Shown in pieces: positions 29,939 through 41,037 of a stretch of DNA of 64,000 nt. The stretch is from Sedimentisphaerales bacterium (lineage in GTDB: Bacteria; Planctomycetota; Phycisphaerae; Sedimentisphaerales; SM23-30). A program made the translations under genes and the position numbers. Where the stretch lies: positions 96,001 to 160,000 of the forward strand of contig CAXXFK010000042.1 in assembly GCA_963663965.2 (NCBI GenBank), read 5' to 3'. The notes beneath the pieces were generated by a model. The model was given only the letters and a program-made list of their open reading frames with translations. It was not told the DNA's origin and did no database searches. Position 1 is the stretch's first letter. Each line of letters begins with the position of its first letter.

Positions 29939-31513
29939 TTACTGGATAGATCCAGTTGTACGGATATCGAATAAGCCCACATCCACGCCCTGGCCACCAC
30001 TGGTTTGCCGGCATTTGACGGCTATGGTATTGTGACCTTTGTGGAAAAGTCCCAGTTTTTCCGCAGGGACCGGCCGGTCGATATAGTGTGGACTCCAATC
30101 GGTTCGATGCAGAGCCAGTTTGCCATTGATATAAATCCAGAGTTCCTCATCGTGATAGAGCCGGAACTGAAGATCGGCGAACTGGGTGGAATCTAATTGG
30201 AACTCTTTTCGCAGCCAGATTTCATTGGTATTCCACTCGGTCGCTACGTGTAAATTGGGTGGGTTATTTCCGCCGAAAGCGCCCGGACCGGTTTGCCATT
30301 GACTATCGTCAAAGTCAGGGGCCATCCAGTTGTCTTTTGGCTCTTCGATCGTATAACGCCAGGATTGCGAGATCAGTTCAGACGTTGGCAAGAGGGTATC
30401 AATGACAGGGATTGGCTGGTTTCCCGAGCGTTGTTTCGATTTGGCGGCCTGTAGATAAAATTTGAATTGTTGAATTTCCGCGTCACAATAGGGGGTATAA
30501 TCCGAATGATAGAGATCATGCTGCCAGACGGCCGGTTCGGGGTCGCCGGGCTGATGGCCCCAGTTCAGATCGGTCTGAGTTTTGCCGTTGACCAGACCCC
30601 AATGCAGACAGCCCACATTTTCATGGAAAAAGACGGGCAAACAGGTCGTGACGATGGAATTCCTGCCCCGGTTGAGCCATTCGGTGCAAATCATCGGGCG
30701 TCCCTGGGATTTGAGCACCTTGATCTGGTTGAGCAACGAATAACCCGGAGAGTAATTGTGGAAGGTGATGATATCGGAATTTTCCATGATGACCTGATTG
30801 AGCTTGCGAATGCCGTTGTAACAGCCAACGGTCAGGGGTTGGATGGGATTGATCTGCCGGGCGCAGGCGAATACCCGCTCGGTCAGCGTGATCGAAATTT
30901 CACCCAGTCTTGCGTTGGCGGGTTCGTTATATAAATCCCAGCACAGGATTCTCGGATCAGTTTTGTGGGCATTGATGATATCGCTGACAAATCGCTCCAG
31001 CCTGGGCCAGGTGGATTGATCCCGGACCATGCCATGGCCGGGACTGGGGGTCCAGCCATTGGCGTACCAGCCTTCGACGACCTCCGGTTGCCGGCCGTAG
31101 ACCGGATCCTGAATCGGACCAAAGACACAGTCGTCGAAGAAAATGGGCATAACCTTCAAGCCGCGCTGATGACAGATTTGCAGGAATTGTTCAAAGCGCT
31201 GCTTGAACGCCTGGGGATCATGTTCCCAGACCACGAAGGAAAATACCACGCGCAGACAATTAAAGCCGACCTCCTGCGCGAGCTTCAATTCGGTATCAAT
31301 CCGTTTGGGATCGAAGCAATAGTCCATCCACATCTCGGTGTAACTAATGGCATTGGCCGGGACATAGTTAAAGCCGCAGGGCCAGGGCTGGCTGTTATAC
31401 CATTGCCAGGCCTGAGCTCGGGACCATCGTTGGGGTGTTTCGGCGATGGCCAGGGGTGTAAGCAGGCAGGCAACAATCAGGCATGCTGAGGTCATCATCG
31501 CGCGAGTTTTCAT
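29939..31513 (-). CDS. Secreted clan GH-A glycoside hydrolase (GH5/GH2-like) with a C-terminal sugar-binding domain
   Basis: WDLYNEP acid/base and ICTEW nucleophile; C-terminal FDDSQW-x-x-G-x-GAFG...IWLRKEF domain. Confidence 0.8.
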   Translation of the reverse strand: MKTRAMMTSACLIVACLLTPLAIAETPQRWSRAQAWQWYNSQPWPCGFNYVPANAISYTEMWMDYCFDPKRIDTELKLAQEVGFNCLRVVFSFVVWEHDPQAFKQRFEQFLQICHQRGLKVMPIFFDDCVFGPIQDPVYGRQPEVVEGWYANGWTPSPGHGMVRDQSTWPRLERFVSDIINAHKTDPRILCWDLYNEPANARLGEISITLTERVFACARQINPIQPLTVGCYNGIRKLNQVIMENSDIITFHNYSPGYSLLNQIKVLKSQGRPMICTEWLNRGRNSIVTTCLPVFFHENVGCLHWGLVNGKTQTDLNWGHQPGDPEPAVWQHDLYHSDYTPYCDAEIQQFKFYLQAAKSKQRSGNQPIPVIDTLLPTSELISQSWRYTIEEPKDNWMAPDFDDSQWQTGPGAFGGNNPPNLHVATEWNTNEIWLRKEFQLDSTQFADLQFRLYHDEELWIYINGKLALHRTDWSPHYIDRPVPAEKLGLFHKGHNTIAVKCRQTSGGQGVDVGLFDIRTTGSIQ

Positions 31514-31554
31514 ATTTTGAATCCTTTCTTTTTTATGGTTGCCGGCGGGGCGGT

Positions 31555-34023
31555 TTATTCGTTATCGCAATATAATCCCAGATCGATAAATTGGTTTGAG
31601 CCATTGCCGGAGCAATGAACACTGATGACGTTGGTTCCGGTCAGCAGGTATTGTGATACGCTTGGCTCCAGAGGGATCCGGCTATAATCATAAGAATTTC
31701 CGGGCAAAGTGGCAATCAAATGATGATTGAGATAAATTTCGGTATTGCCAGTATGAAAAACGTTCAAGATCAGGTTCAAGTAGTTCTGCCAGGGCCCGTC
31801 CAGTTCGAAGGTCCGGCGCAGCCAGATATCCGGACTGCTCCATTCGGTTCGAACGACGCTGTTGCTGGTACTGATCTGGCCAAAACCCGCGGTACCCGCG
31901 GTCCAGTGGGTGTCATCATATCCCAGCGCCGTCCATTCTGACGGGGGGGCTGTGGTTGAATAGCGCCAGGAATAAACGGCGCTGCTGATGCCCGAATCGG
32001 GTATTTGGGTTAATATGCCATTTTCATCCACCTTAACCGGTAGAAAGGCGGCTCGTTCACGAATGGGTGTGGTATTATCGCTGCCAAAAAACGTGGATAA
32101 CAACCGCCCGGTCGAATCGCGGAAAAGAATATTGTGGCCGCCGTGAGGCACAGCGATATATTGCGGGCCGTAGGGTCCCATGAGAGCCTCTGCCGACGCG
32201 ACGGCAAAATCGTATCGGCCGGTCTGGACGGATGCCGCGCCCAGATAATACCGGTTATTGATTTGATAGATAAAAGCGCCTTCGAAGCCCACTTCATCGT
32301 GATTGGATGGGCGGAGCATCTGCCACTGGCCGACAAAACCATCTAACTGATCGTTCATCTGCCAGATTTTACCATTCTGCCAGATAAAGTAGACGGCGCC
32401 ATCATCATCCTGGAACAGAGAGGCATCGATCTGGCTGGTTAACGGTCCATCCGTTTTAACATCCACATAGGGGCCTTGCGGTGATCCGCTGACACTTTTC
32501 AGGATACCGGTGCCGCCTTCCCCCGGCCAGTTCATACAATAGGTGAGCCAGTAATTGTCATTAATATAATGCAGTTCCGGCGCCCAGACTGCCCGGTAAC
32601 CATTGACCCAGCGTCTGGCCCAGGTCCCTTCTTTTTCGAGACTCCAGATCAACCCATCATTGTCGCCCGGCTGGTCCATTTGTTCCCAGTGGATCAGGTC
32701 AGAGGAGCGGTACATGCGAATCCCATCATTTTGGGTCCACCAGACCGGATGGCCGGTGGTGCCGGTGAGATAATACTGACCGTCAGGCCCCAGTAAAATA
32801 CAGGTATCCCGCAGGGGGAAATCGAACAGGGGGGCAAATTGAGGCAAATCATAAGCCGTGTGGATAATAGCGCCGCTCTTTTGAGAATTAACCGGTTGGC
32901 AGCCGGATTCATTGGGAATGGTGCAGGCCAGCCAGTGTTGAAACAGTCTGGACAGATCTGCCAGGTCAACCCGGCAATCAAAATTCAAGTCCAGGGGGTC
33001 GAATCCCCAGGCGCCGCAGTCCGTTTCCAGAATACTGATGGGCAGTTTGAATATCGTACCAGAAAAGACTGGATCAGTGCTGGTTAGTTTATGATCGATG
33101 GTTGCCTGGTGCGGATTCGATTCCAGAATCGAATCATTCAGGGCACGGATCGTGACGGATTGAGGCAGATTCCAATTGGCCGGATTAAAGGTCAGGGTAG
33201 CCGGTTCGATTTGGAGTTGATCAGGAGTTGAGGCATTTTCCAAGGTGATGATCACCTCATCGGCAGGTGGTTGGAGCAGTTCGATGGAATAGGTGTCTGG
33301 GGAACCCCCTTCTTTTAGTTCCATGTTCTCAGGCAGGATCTTGATGGGAGCGATAGTCTGAAAAAAGCGAACTTCCGAACAACCGACTAATGGGCCAAAT
33401 GGATCGGTATCGGGAGCGCCGTCTCCAGTGACATCGTAGCCATCGTAATTACTGAGGATTTCAATGGCTACCCGTCGCGCGACTGTTGCATCCAGCTTTA
33501 TATTCTGACCGGTGTAGTTGTTATTGCCCGGCGCCGGATTCAGAACGGCATTTTCCAGCAGTAGAGTCCATCCTGTCGAATCGAAGGGCTGGTTACTGTC
33601 GGCGCTGTTATTACCGGCGCTATCGTCGTTACGTAACCACAGGTTATACTGGCGAATACTGCGGGTGGTTTCTGCCCCGCCGCTGCCGGTATGGTTATAA
33701 TTCCATATTTGCATTGATTCAAGCGAATAGGAACCCCCCAGATCGAAAATTAACCAGGCGTGTTCGACAATACCATTGGGATTATACCGGGTATGCCAGG
33801 AATAATTCGAACCTGACTGGCCGTTGATATGGGTGGCTCCGGTATCACCTGCCGGATCATTGAGTCCCGAACCGTTGATAATCAACTCCGGCTGACGATC
33901 GGCAACCCAGCTGCTGGAAGCCATCACCGAATAGTCATTGTGATCGATAACCTGGGCGGCCATGGTTTGATAAATGGCTATCAGGGAGAGAAAAATAAAG
34001 TACCAGTTAGATTGAGTTCGCAT
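31555..34023 (-). CDS. Secreted modular GH43 glycoside hydrolase
   Basis: LRDT, WAPELH, IDASLFQDDDG, FEGA motifs; N-terminal discoidin-like and dockerin-like DLNFDCRVDLAD modules; C-terminal sugar-binding domain. Confidence 0.85.
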   Translation of the reverse strand: MRTQSNWYFIFLSLIAIYQTMAAQVIDHNDYSVMASSSWVADRQPELIINGSGLNDPAGDTGATHINGQSGSNYSWHTRYNPNGIVEHAWLIFDLGGSYSLESMQIWNYNHTGSGGAETTRSIRQYNLWLRNDDSAGNNSADSNQPFDSTGWTLLLENAVLNPAPGNNNYTGQNIKLDATVARRVAIEILSNYDGYDVTGDGAPDTDPFGPLVGCSEVRFFQTIAPIKILPENMELKEGGSPDTYSIELLQPPADEVIITLENASTPDQLQIEPATLTFNPANWNLPQSVTIRALNDSILESNPHQATIDHKLTSTDPVFSGTIFKLPISILETDCGAWGFDPLDLNFDCRVDLADLSRLFQHWLACTIPNESGCQPVNSQKSGAIIHTAYDLPQFAPLFDFPLRDTCILLGPDGQYYLTGTTGHPVWWTQNDGIRMYRSSDLIHWEQMDQPGDNDGLIWSLEKEGTWARRWVNGYRAVWAPELHYINDNYWLTYCMNWPGEGGTGILKSVSGSPQGPYVDVKTDGPLTSQIDASLFQDDDGAVYFIWQNGKIWQMNDQLDGFVGQWQMLRPSNHDEVGFEGAFIYQINNRYYLGAASVQTGRYDFAVASAEALMGPYGPQYIAVPHGGHNILFRDSTGRLLSTFFGSDNTTPIRERAAFLPVKVDENGILTQIPDSGISSAVYSWRYSTTAPPSEWTALGYDDTHWTAGTAGFGQISTSNSVVRTEWSSPDIWLRRTFELDGPWQNYLNLILNVFHTGNTEIYLNHHLIATLPGNSYDYSRIPLEPSVSQYLLTGTNVISVHCSGNGSNQFIDLGLYCDNE

Positions 34024-34165
34024 GAGGTTCCTCTGAAGAAAAGAATTTATGATGCAGCATTCTGATGTTGTCGATGGGGAGAAGTAAGAAGCGGTCTGTT
34101 TAGAGTCCCAGATCCAATGAATATTTTGCGGCCGGCAGATAAATCATCCGCTTCGAATGCGGGTC

Positions 34166-34210
34166 CAGACATCCTCGACAACCCTTTGCGAGGTTGCCTG
34201 AGGATGTCTG
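34166..34210. other. Intergenic hairpin (further hairpins at ~34148-34162 and 34310-34340)
   Basis: CAGACATCCTC...GAGGATGTCTG. Confidence 0.55.
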
Positions 34211-34364
34211 ATCCCTACGGCCATTTATATTTCATTTTTGCCCGGTCTCATATCGAACGTTATTTTACCAGGCACTTTAAGTGACCCGATTCCGGGATTC
34301 GTTTCTGACGAAGGGGTATACCTGAACGGCACACCCCTTCACCCAAAAAGTAGAACTGACCGGT

Positions 34365-36383
34365 TTAGTTGATACAATCGGGGACTAAAGCGCAGTCCAG
34401 CCATTGACTCATCATCATGGAAAAATCGTCAAGATCGACTTTGCAGTCGTTATTGACATCCACCGCCGGTTGTATGGACCGCATACAGACGGTCTTACCG
34501 GTGATTGTGGTATAGGCCTGGGCAATCTCCAGTTCGGAAACCGGATAATTGTACAATTTGATTTCGTCAATCTGGCCATCCAGGAAATTGAGTCCAGATT
34601 TGATTTTACCGATGTGGAGCCCATCGGGCGCATCCAGCCGTCCAGCCGGTCCGGTACCGGTGGCTTCCAATTCGCCATCGACGTAGACATTGATCCGGCC
34701 GGATACATGATCACGGGTGGCCACACAATAATGCCATTCATTGTCGTTAACCGCCGAGATCGACGCAAGAGTCATGGATGGACCAATACCCAGGCAGAAA
34801 TGATTATTACTCAAGCTGGCGCCGAAATCATTTTGCAGGCCGGGCATATCGCCATCGACCAGGCCGCTGCCGGTCCACCAGTTGTTGTCGCCACCGGTGG
34901 CTTCCGTTTTCAGCCATAAGGCAATGGAGAAACTATCCTGAATCAAACGCGGGATTTGAACGGCTTCATCGATCCCGTTAAGCACGATGGCCTGACCGGC
35001 GATCCCATCGGTATAGGTGAACGGGGTATTGGGATCGTGTTTGATCGGTGTGCCGTCATTTTCTCCGACTGAGTCAATCAGGTCATTTTCGAATGCGTAC
35101 CAGGCCAGCAGGCGATAAAGCTCAAGATAGGCCACATCTGACTTAACCGGAATTTCACTTTCATTTGTCACTTCACAATAATAAAAGCCCTCATCGGTTA
35201 GCTGGCAGTCGTTGAGTGTCAAAAGATTGGAGCCGGAGGTTAACAGGGTATCATCCTCTGGTGTTTCGTTACTGTTATCCTCAGATCGATACCAGTGATA
35301 AGCTGTGGGCGAAATACTCGTGACTTCGATCGAAAAATCGGCAGTAGCGCCGTTGGCGACCAGTACATCCTGAGGTTGCCGGACAATAACCGGTGAGCTT
35401 TTACGGGTTTCAAAAGACCAGACCGGGCTCTGGACTGTGTTGGGTTCTTCCGGGGTGGATCCATTAATGGCCTGATCGACCCGCCAGTAATAGGTTTGAT
35501 CCATCGTCAGGGTCTGGGGATAAAGCATTCTTTCTGCAGGAGGGGTATCGGCCGGAATAACCACGGGTTCAACCTCGATAAAATTCGGTTCACCGGACGC
35601 CAGATAGAAATAATAAGCGGTGATATCCGGGTTGGGTAAATCATCGGGTCCTTTGCCGGTATCCCAGCCAAACTCCACTTTGACATTGCTGGTTTCGCCA
35701 AGGATTTCTCCAACGGCGATTTCGTCCGGAGACGGGGAGGGATTATGCGCCGCCAATGGAATGTAAGTCAATGTCACATTATCCAGGGTCCAGTCGCCCC
35801 CGGTGCTTCCGACGGTGGTATCCAGCCAGATACCGAATCCGGAGCCGATCGCCGTGGCGGGAATGTCTTCGGCATTTAACGTGGTGGAAAAATTGGTCAG
35901 GGAGGTATTGCTTAAGTCGCTGTAAACGACTTCCGTAACAGCCAGAATCGTCAGAGCGGGTACCCGGGTGAAAAGTCGCAATGCCATTTTGGTATCGGCC
36001 GGGTTCGATGGGGCGGAATCGGACCGGGCGGCGATACCAACGGTCAGGATATAGGTACCGGGCTGAAGTGAGTAGGGCAGGTCGATGTAGATGTTATTTT
36101 TACTGCCGCCTGCTCCTCCGGCATAACAATTCATAAACGCCAGTTGTTTGCCATCGGTGTTGGTGATGAAATTGCCAAATCCTGCAGAATTATTGAAGAC
36201 GCCCGTTGCCCCGGTATCGCCCCAATCTGCGATCGTCATAACGAAACTACTGGTTGCGGGCGCTTCGAATGAATAATTAGGAACTGTCAGGGCAATTCCT
36301 CCCCAGGCTGATGTGACCCAAATGGCTAGAAATCCCAATGTTAATGTAAACGTGACCAGCTTTTTCATTTTCATACTCCACAT
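34365..36383 (-). CDS. Secreted Ig-like / LamG / dockerin-like protein
   Basis: TYYWRVD...VWSFET; Ig domain DEGFYYCEV; LamG NDNEWHY...GQIDEIKLYN; DVNNDCKVDLDDF. Confidence 0.85.
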   Translation of the reverse strand: MWSMKMKKLVTFTLTLGFLAIWVTSAWGGIALTVPNYSFEAPATSSFVMTIADWGDTGATGVFNNSAGFGNFITNTDGKQLAFMNCYAGGAGGSKNNIYIDLPYSLQPGTYILTVGIAARSDSAPSNPADTKMALRLFTRVPALTILAVTEVVYSDLSNTSLTNFSTTLNAEDIPATAIGSGFGIWLDTTVGSTGGDWTLDNVTLTYIPLAAHNPSPSPDEIAVGEILGETSNVKVEFGWDTGKGPDDLPNPDITAYYFYLASGEPNFIEVEPVVIPADTPPAERMLYPQTLTMDQTYYWRVDQAINGSTPEEPNTVQSPVWSFETRKSSPVIVRQPQDVLVANGATADFSIEVTSISPTAYHWYRSEDNSNETPEDDTLLTSGSNLLTLNDCQLTDEGFYYCEVTNESEIPVKSDVAYLELYRLLAWYAFENDLIDSVGENDGTPIKHDPNTPFTYTDGIAGQAIVLNGIDEAVQIPRLIQDSFSIALWLKTEATGGDNNWWTGSGLVDGDMPGLQNDFGASLSNNHFCLGIGPSMTLASISAVNDNEWHYCVATRDHVSGRINVYVDGELEATGTGPAGRLDAPDGLHIGKIKSGLNFLDGQIDEIKLYNYPVSELEIAQAYTTITGKTVCMRSIQPAVDVNNDCKVDLDDFSMMMSQWLDCALVPDCIN

Positions 36384-36444
36384 CGTAATTTGATAAATAG
36401 TTCTTGGAGCGGACCATCCGCTTGATTTTAATATTTAAACAGCT

Positions 36445-37548
36445 TCAGTCAGGCGTCAGGGGACGGTTGCGTGCTTTGGGCGCCGATTGAAGTGAAGATG
36501 TTTTCAGGTCGACGATTACCGGCCATTTCCCTGATTGACTGCGATAGCCGGTCTGATTTTGTGCCATATGGATGAAGGCAAGCATGTTTTCCAGGGAGGT
36601 ATCGCCCTCAACGGCGTGAGAGGGAGAAAAAATAAGGCCGCCTTTCAGGCCGGCTTGCAATAGTCGGGAGGATGCGGTTTCGACCTCTTGAATGGAGCCG
36701 AACGGCAGGGTCTGCTGCATGGACAGACCGCCGTGAAACGCCAGTTGGCCGCGGTAGCGTTCCAGGAGGGTAAAGACATCCATCACTTCCGGCTGGAATG
36801 GGTTAAAACAGTCCAGCCCGGCTTCGATTAAATCATCGAACAGTTCATCGACATCCCCGCAGCTATGAATAAAAACAAATTTTCCGGCCTGCCGGACTGC
36901 GGCGTACATCCGCTTCAGCTGGGGCAGGATATAGGTTCTCCAGAATGCCGGCCCCATAATCAGGCCGTGCTGCTGGCCCCAGTCATCGCCAAAATATACT
37001 GCGTCGATATCGTATTGGAGCGCTTCTTGCACCTGGGCGATATTGTAATCGGTAATGGCAGTCATCAGGGCGTGGACAAAATCGGGATGATCGATAAAAT
37101 CCATCATCAGATTTTCCATGCCGCGCAGAGACCAGGCGCGTTCAAAAAGGGAAAACCCAATTTCAAACAGGCGGAAACAATCCGGATATTGGGCGATGGA
37201 TGCATTGATATTGGAGAAAAAACGGGGATCCCGCGGATCCGGTAATTGATACGTGGCTAATGTTGGTTCTGATAATACGGTCCCCTGTACGATTCCGATG
37301 TCTTTATCGATGGTACGATCCCAGATAACGCCAAAAACATCCTGGAAATGATTGGGGGAGATTTCTTCGAAGAATCCGATATCACTACCCAACCGGACAA
37401 TATGGTTATCCACCGTGGTTTCAATGTCTTCTGTGCCATAATGAGTTGCCAGCAGTTGATGAGCTTCATGAGTAAACTTAAATGACCAGGGAGTATAGGG
37501 CACAGAGTGGCCTTGTAGAGCAAGTTTTACCAACTGTCGTTTTGTCAT
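36445..37548 (-). CDS. Uroporphyrinogen decarboxylase family (UroD/MtaA-like) protein
   Basis: LRGMENLMMD, FGDDWGQQ, HSCG, FNPFQPE, FHGGLS, SPSH. Confidence 0.85.
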   Translation of the reverse strand: MTKRQLVKLALQGHSVPYTPWSFKFTHEAHQLLATHYGTEDIETTVDNHIVRLGSDIGFFEEISPNHFQDVFGVIWDRTIDKDIGIVQGTVLSEPTLATYQLPDPRDPRFFSNINASIAQYPDCFRLFEIGFSLFERAWSLRGMENLMMDFIDHPDFVHALMTAITDYNIAQVQEALQYDIDAVYFGDDWGQQHGLIMGPAFWRTYILPQLKRMYAAVRQAGKFVFIHSCGDVDELFDDLIEAGLDCFNPFQPEVMDVFTLLERYRGQLAFHGGLSMQQTLPFGSIQEVETASSRLLQAGLKGGLIFSPSHAVEGDTSLENMLAFIHMAQNQTGYRSQSGKWPVIVDLKTSSLQSAPKARNRPLTPD

Positions 37549-37690
37549 TGCGTATCCTGTCTATCCGGTTTCCACGATTGTGGGTAAATTTTTTCAATAT
37601 GAATAAATATACCTCAAAAAAACAGGGCAGTAAATGTACAAAGTTGCAAATATGATGGATATTTATTGGAAATTGTGCTATACTTGAGCC

Positions 37691-38566
37691 ATGAAGTATC
37701 CACTTAAATATATTTTTCAAGAGCAGGCGCAGGAGATTCTGGATGTATTTACCGAGCTTTTCAATATCCGTATCGCTTTTTTTTCCGCGGAAGGTCAGGA
37801 GCTTAAAGTGGGTAAAAGTAAACCGCTTTGCCGGTATTGTTACCTGCTGAGAAATCATCTGGATTATGACCACATCTGTACGTCTCTCGACCAGCAAATG
37901 CGGGAAGCGGCGGTCGAAACCGGGCAGACGATCCATTATCAGTGTCATGGCGGCATGACGGAATCCATTACCCCGGTCTTTATGGATCAGGCGTTGATTG
38001 GTTTTCTGATGATCGGTCAGTTTCGGACCTCGACCAAACCCTTGAACGCGGCGATTCAGCGTAAATGGAAAAAGCAAGTAGGAACCGATGAACTGAGGCT
38101 GGCGTTCGAGAAAACCCCGTATCATTCCATGGCAGATACAAAAAATATTTTGAAACTGTTCAATATTCTGGTGGAATATATACTGTATCGTCACATGATC
38201 GAGCTTTACGGCAGTCATTCGCTCCAGCCGCTGGTGGGTTTTCTACAGGGTCATCTGGAAAAGAATCTGGAACTATCGGAGGGCGCCCGGATTCTCAAGC
38301 AAAGCAAATCCAGCCTGGCGCATAAATTCAAGACGGTAACCGGAAAAAGTTTCAAGCAATACCAGATCGGTCTTAAGCTGGACAAGGCGGATGAATATTT
38401 CCAGAAACAACCGGAGATGACCATCCGGGAGGTGGCGTTCCGGCTGGGTTATCAAGATCCCTATTACTTTTCAAGGCTGTACAAAAAACATCGCGGCCAT
38501 TCACCCCTGACGGCGAAAAAGATTTCCGGTGGCCGGAAGGTAGAAAATGATATAGGATTAGAGTGA
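37691..38566 (+). CDS. AraC regulator with a PocR ligand-binding domain
   Basis: PocR C..C...YQCHGG motif; C-terminal IREVAFRLGYQDPYYFSRLYKK. Confidence 0.9.
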   Translation: MKYPLKYIFQEQAQEILDVFTELFNIRIAFFSAEGQELKVGKSKPLCRYCYLLRNHLDYDHICTSLDQQMREAAVETGQTIHYQCHGGMTESITPVFMDQALIGFLMIGQFRTSTKPLNAAIQRKWKKQVGTDELRLAFEKTPYHSMADTKNILKLFNILVEYILYRHMIELYGSHSLQPLVGFLQGHLEKNLELSEGARILKQSKSSLAHKFKTVTGKSFKQYQIGLKLDKADEYFQKQPEMTIREVAFRLGYQDPYYFSRLYKKHRGHSPLTAKKISGGRKVENDIGLE

Positions 38567-38764
38567 AATGAGATTATTGAGTGGGTGTGTAAAAGTTGAT
38601 GGATCGAATCCAAAACAGGAAGTTATACCCAATGGGTATGAAAATTGCCGGTTGCTCGCAAGCCAGGTTTTTCTCGTAAAAGACTTATATTACGGCCCCA
38701 CGGGCATTATCAATCGTTAATGGAATCATTAAGAAAAATCCGCAAACAGATTTTGCCATGCTGC

Positions 38765-39055
38765 TCAAGGTTGGATCAACTCATATTGAATACTGTAGCG
38801 CGGTTCTGCCATCATATCGGCCACGGTATCGCGCCATTTCAGGTAGTGGGCGGTCAGCTTATGGCGGGCGGGGTCCTCTTCGGTCCGGTATACTTCAACC
38901 AGCAGGAACCGGTGGGGATCATCCTTTTGCTGCTGGAGGTCGAACCGGGCAATGCCTGGTTCGTTGATGCTGTGGCGGGCATTTTCCAGTGAGGCCGATT
39001 TAAAGGCTTCGGTTTGATCGGGTTTGACGTGGATAAAGACATGAACGATTAACAT
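38765..39055 (-). CDS. ABM/LsrG-like dimeric alpha-beta barrel protein
   Basis: EPGIARFD...FLLVEVY...[11 protein letters not shown]. Confidence 0.85.
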   Translation of the reverse strand: MLIVHVFIHVKPDQTEAFKSASLENARHSINEPGIARFDLQQQKDDPHRFLLVEVYRTEEDPARHKLTAHYLKWRDTVADMMAEPRYSIQYELIQP

Positions 39056-39110
39056 ACGTATTCCTTTTATTCATTTAGATGTTATGAACCAATTCCTGGT
39101 TTAAGCCGGA

Positions 39111-39689
39111 TCAGGATTTCATGCCCAGACCGATAGCCTCGGCGACCTGGCGCATGCCCAGGATGGTTTCTCTGAACAGATCGGTTAATTCCATACCCAG
39201 CATCTCCGCCCCTTGCTGGATGACTTCGCGGTTGACGCCGGCGGCGAAGGATTTTTCCTTCCATTTTTTCCTGACCGACTTGGGTTCCATATCCAGTACC
39301 GATCCGGAAGGGCGCACCAGCGCGGTGGCGGCGATCAGGCCGGTCAGTTCATCGATGGCGAACAGTGTCTTTTCCAGCAGGGTTACCGGCTCCACGTCCG
39401 AACAGATTCCCCAGCCATGCGAGACAATGGCCCGGATGTATTCTTCCGGCCAGTTGCGAGCGCGTAGAATTTCAGCGGTTTTAGTGCAGTGCTGGTCGGG
39501 AAATTGCTGATAGTCCAGATCATGGACCAGGCCGATGATTCCCCATTTGTCGATATCTTCGCCATTTTTTTCGGCAAAGTATCGCATCACGCCTTCGACG
39601 GCCAGGCCGTGGCGGATCAGGCTTTCATCCGAATTGTATTCCTGTAACAGGGCAAGCGCCTGCTGGCGGGTTGGGATCGGTGCGGTCAT
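39111..39689 (-). CDS. HD-domain hydrolase
   Basis: H-x-LAVE, GLVHDLDY, DELTG, FAAGV. Confidence 0.88.
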   Translation of the reverse strand: MTAPIPTRQQALALLQEYNSDESLIRHGLAVEGVMRYFAEKNGEDIDKWGIIGLVHDLDYQQFPDQHCTKTAEILRARNWPEEYIRAIVSHGWGICSDVEPVTLLEKTLFAIDELTGLIAATALVRPSGSVLDMEPKSVRKKWKEKSFAAGVNREVIQQGAEMLGMELTDLFRETILGMRQVAEAIGLGMKS

Positions 39690-39712
39690 AAGGTTGCTCC
39701 CATATTAGAAAA

Positions 39713-40888
39713 TCAGTCCAGTATTCTGTTAACCGGTTTTAAGTATCCGGTTGCTCCGATTTTTTGTAATTGTGGATCTTGTGGTTTAATTGCTCCGGTA
39801 GAACGCCAACCGGATTCGAAAATCAGATCGGGCTGATAGTGAGGATTTTGCTCAACCGTGGGCAATTGTGGCTTACGCTGTCCCTGGGTATCGTACCAGA
39901 TATTATCGCGAAAGGTAAAAGACTGCGGGTTGGTACCCGGTCCGACATTGGCGAAGTATTGCACCGATTCATCAAAGACAATCAGGTTCTTTTCGAACAG
40001 GCCATCATGACAGGGGCGGAAGCGTTCCTCCTTGGTTTCCTGCAGGATTCTCAGTACCCATTTATCCGGAAGAACAATCGTATTGTGATGGAAGGAGCCG
40101 CCATCGGCGGTGACCCAGGCGACCGGTGTCACTGAGCCGACGAACCGGTTGCCGGCCACAATTATTTTTGATGCTTCATAATGGTCGACTTTGGGGCGGA
40201 AATATGGCAGGCCGGTACTACCGCCCAGATTGATGGCGCGTTCGCCGGTATCGCGAAAGAGATTGCACTGGACCAGGAGTTCTGCCGTGCCGCCTTTCAT
40301 TTGTATGCCGCTGGACTGGGTATGGCCGGATTTCCCGATGAAAGTGCAATCTTCCACCACTCCCTGATGACAACCGACCATATCGATCGCTGATCCGGCC
40401 CAGCCTTCCAAATGGCAATGACGCACGATAAAGAGATCAACACCGGACATCTTCAGGGCATCGTGATTCCCTTGCGGTCCGGTATCAAGAATGGTTACAT
40501 TTTCTATCAGGATATGATGAGCCGGAGTTTCAAAGGTACCGCCATCATCAATATTAATGCCATTGGAAGGAAAGCCAGCGACCTTGATGTTTTTCAAAAC
40601 GATATAGTTGCAGTCGGACAGATGAAGGGCCTGGGTTCCTTCGGTAAATACTGGAGGATTGTTGGGATCGCGTCCGGTGATAATAATGGGCCTGCCGGGT
40701 TGTCCGGAAATTCCGTTGAGAGAATGACCGCCGCGGTATTGGCCGGATTCAATGATAATTTCATCACCGGACTTGACGGTTCGTAAGGCAGATTTCAGCT
40801 CAGAGGTATCCCGTACCTCGATGGAGCGGCCCACAACGGTACCGGCGACTAAAACAGTCAATATTCCTATCATCGCAATCCGGTTCAT
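39713..40888 (-). CDS. Secreted right-handed beta-helix protein (start taken at MNRIAM)
   Basis: Repeated beta-helix turns, GDEIII..G.Y; signal peptide. Confidence 0.75.
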   Translation of the reverse strand: MNRIAMIGILTVLVAGTVVGRSIEVRDTSELKSALRTVKSGDEIIIESGQYRGGHSLNGISGQPGRPIIITGRDPNNPPVFTEGTQALHLSDCNYIVLKNIKVAGFPSNGINIDDGGTFETPAHHILIENVTILDTGPQGNHDALKMSGVDLFIVRHCHLEGWAGSAIDMVGCHQGVVEDCTFIGKSGHTQSSGIQMKGGTAELLVQCNLFRDTGERAINLGGSTGLPYFRPKVDHYEASKIIVAGNRFVGSVTPVAWVTADGGSFHHNTIVLPDKWVLRILQETKEERFRPCHDGLFEKNLIVFDESVQYFANVGPGTNPQSFTFRDNIWYDTQGQRKPQLPTVEQNPHYQPDLIFESGWRSTGAIKPQDPQLQKIGATGYLKPVNRILD

Positions 40889-41037
40889 AAGCTGCCTTTC
40901 CAAAAAAATGGCGACAATTCCTATCATTTGAATTATCGCCATTTATCTGATAATTTCGAGTAAATTTTTATTCAGAATAGTAAGTAATGCTCTCTAAAAA
41001 AAGGCTTATTATTTCTATCTGTAGGTATAAGGGCGGG

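Noticed and set aside
36445..37548. hemE assignment
   Set aside because: It lacks the HemE N-terminal W-x-MRQAGR motif; only a family-level call is supported
37478..38218. 246-aa minus-strand ORF opposite the AraC gene
   Set aside because: Antisense shadow that overlaps two well-supported genes
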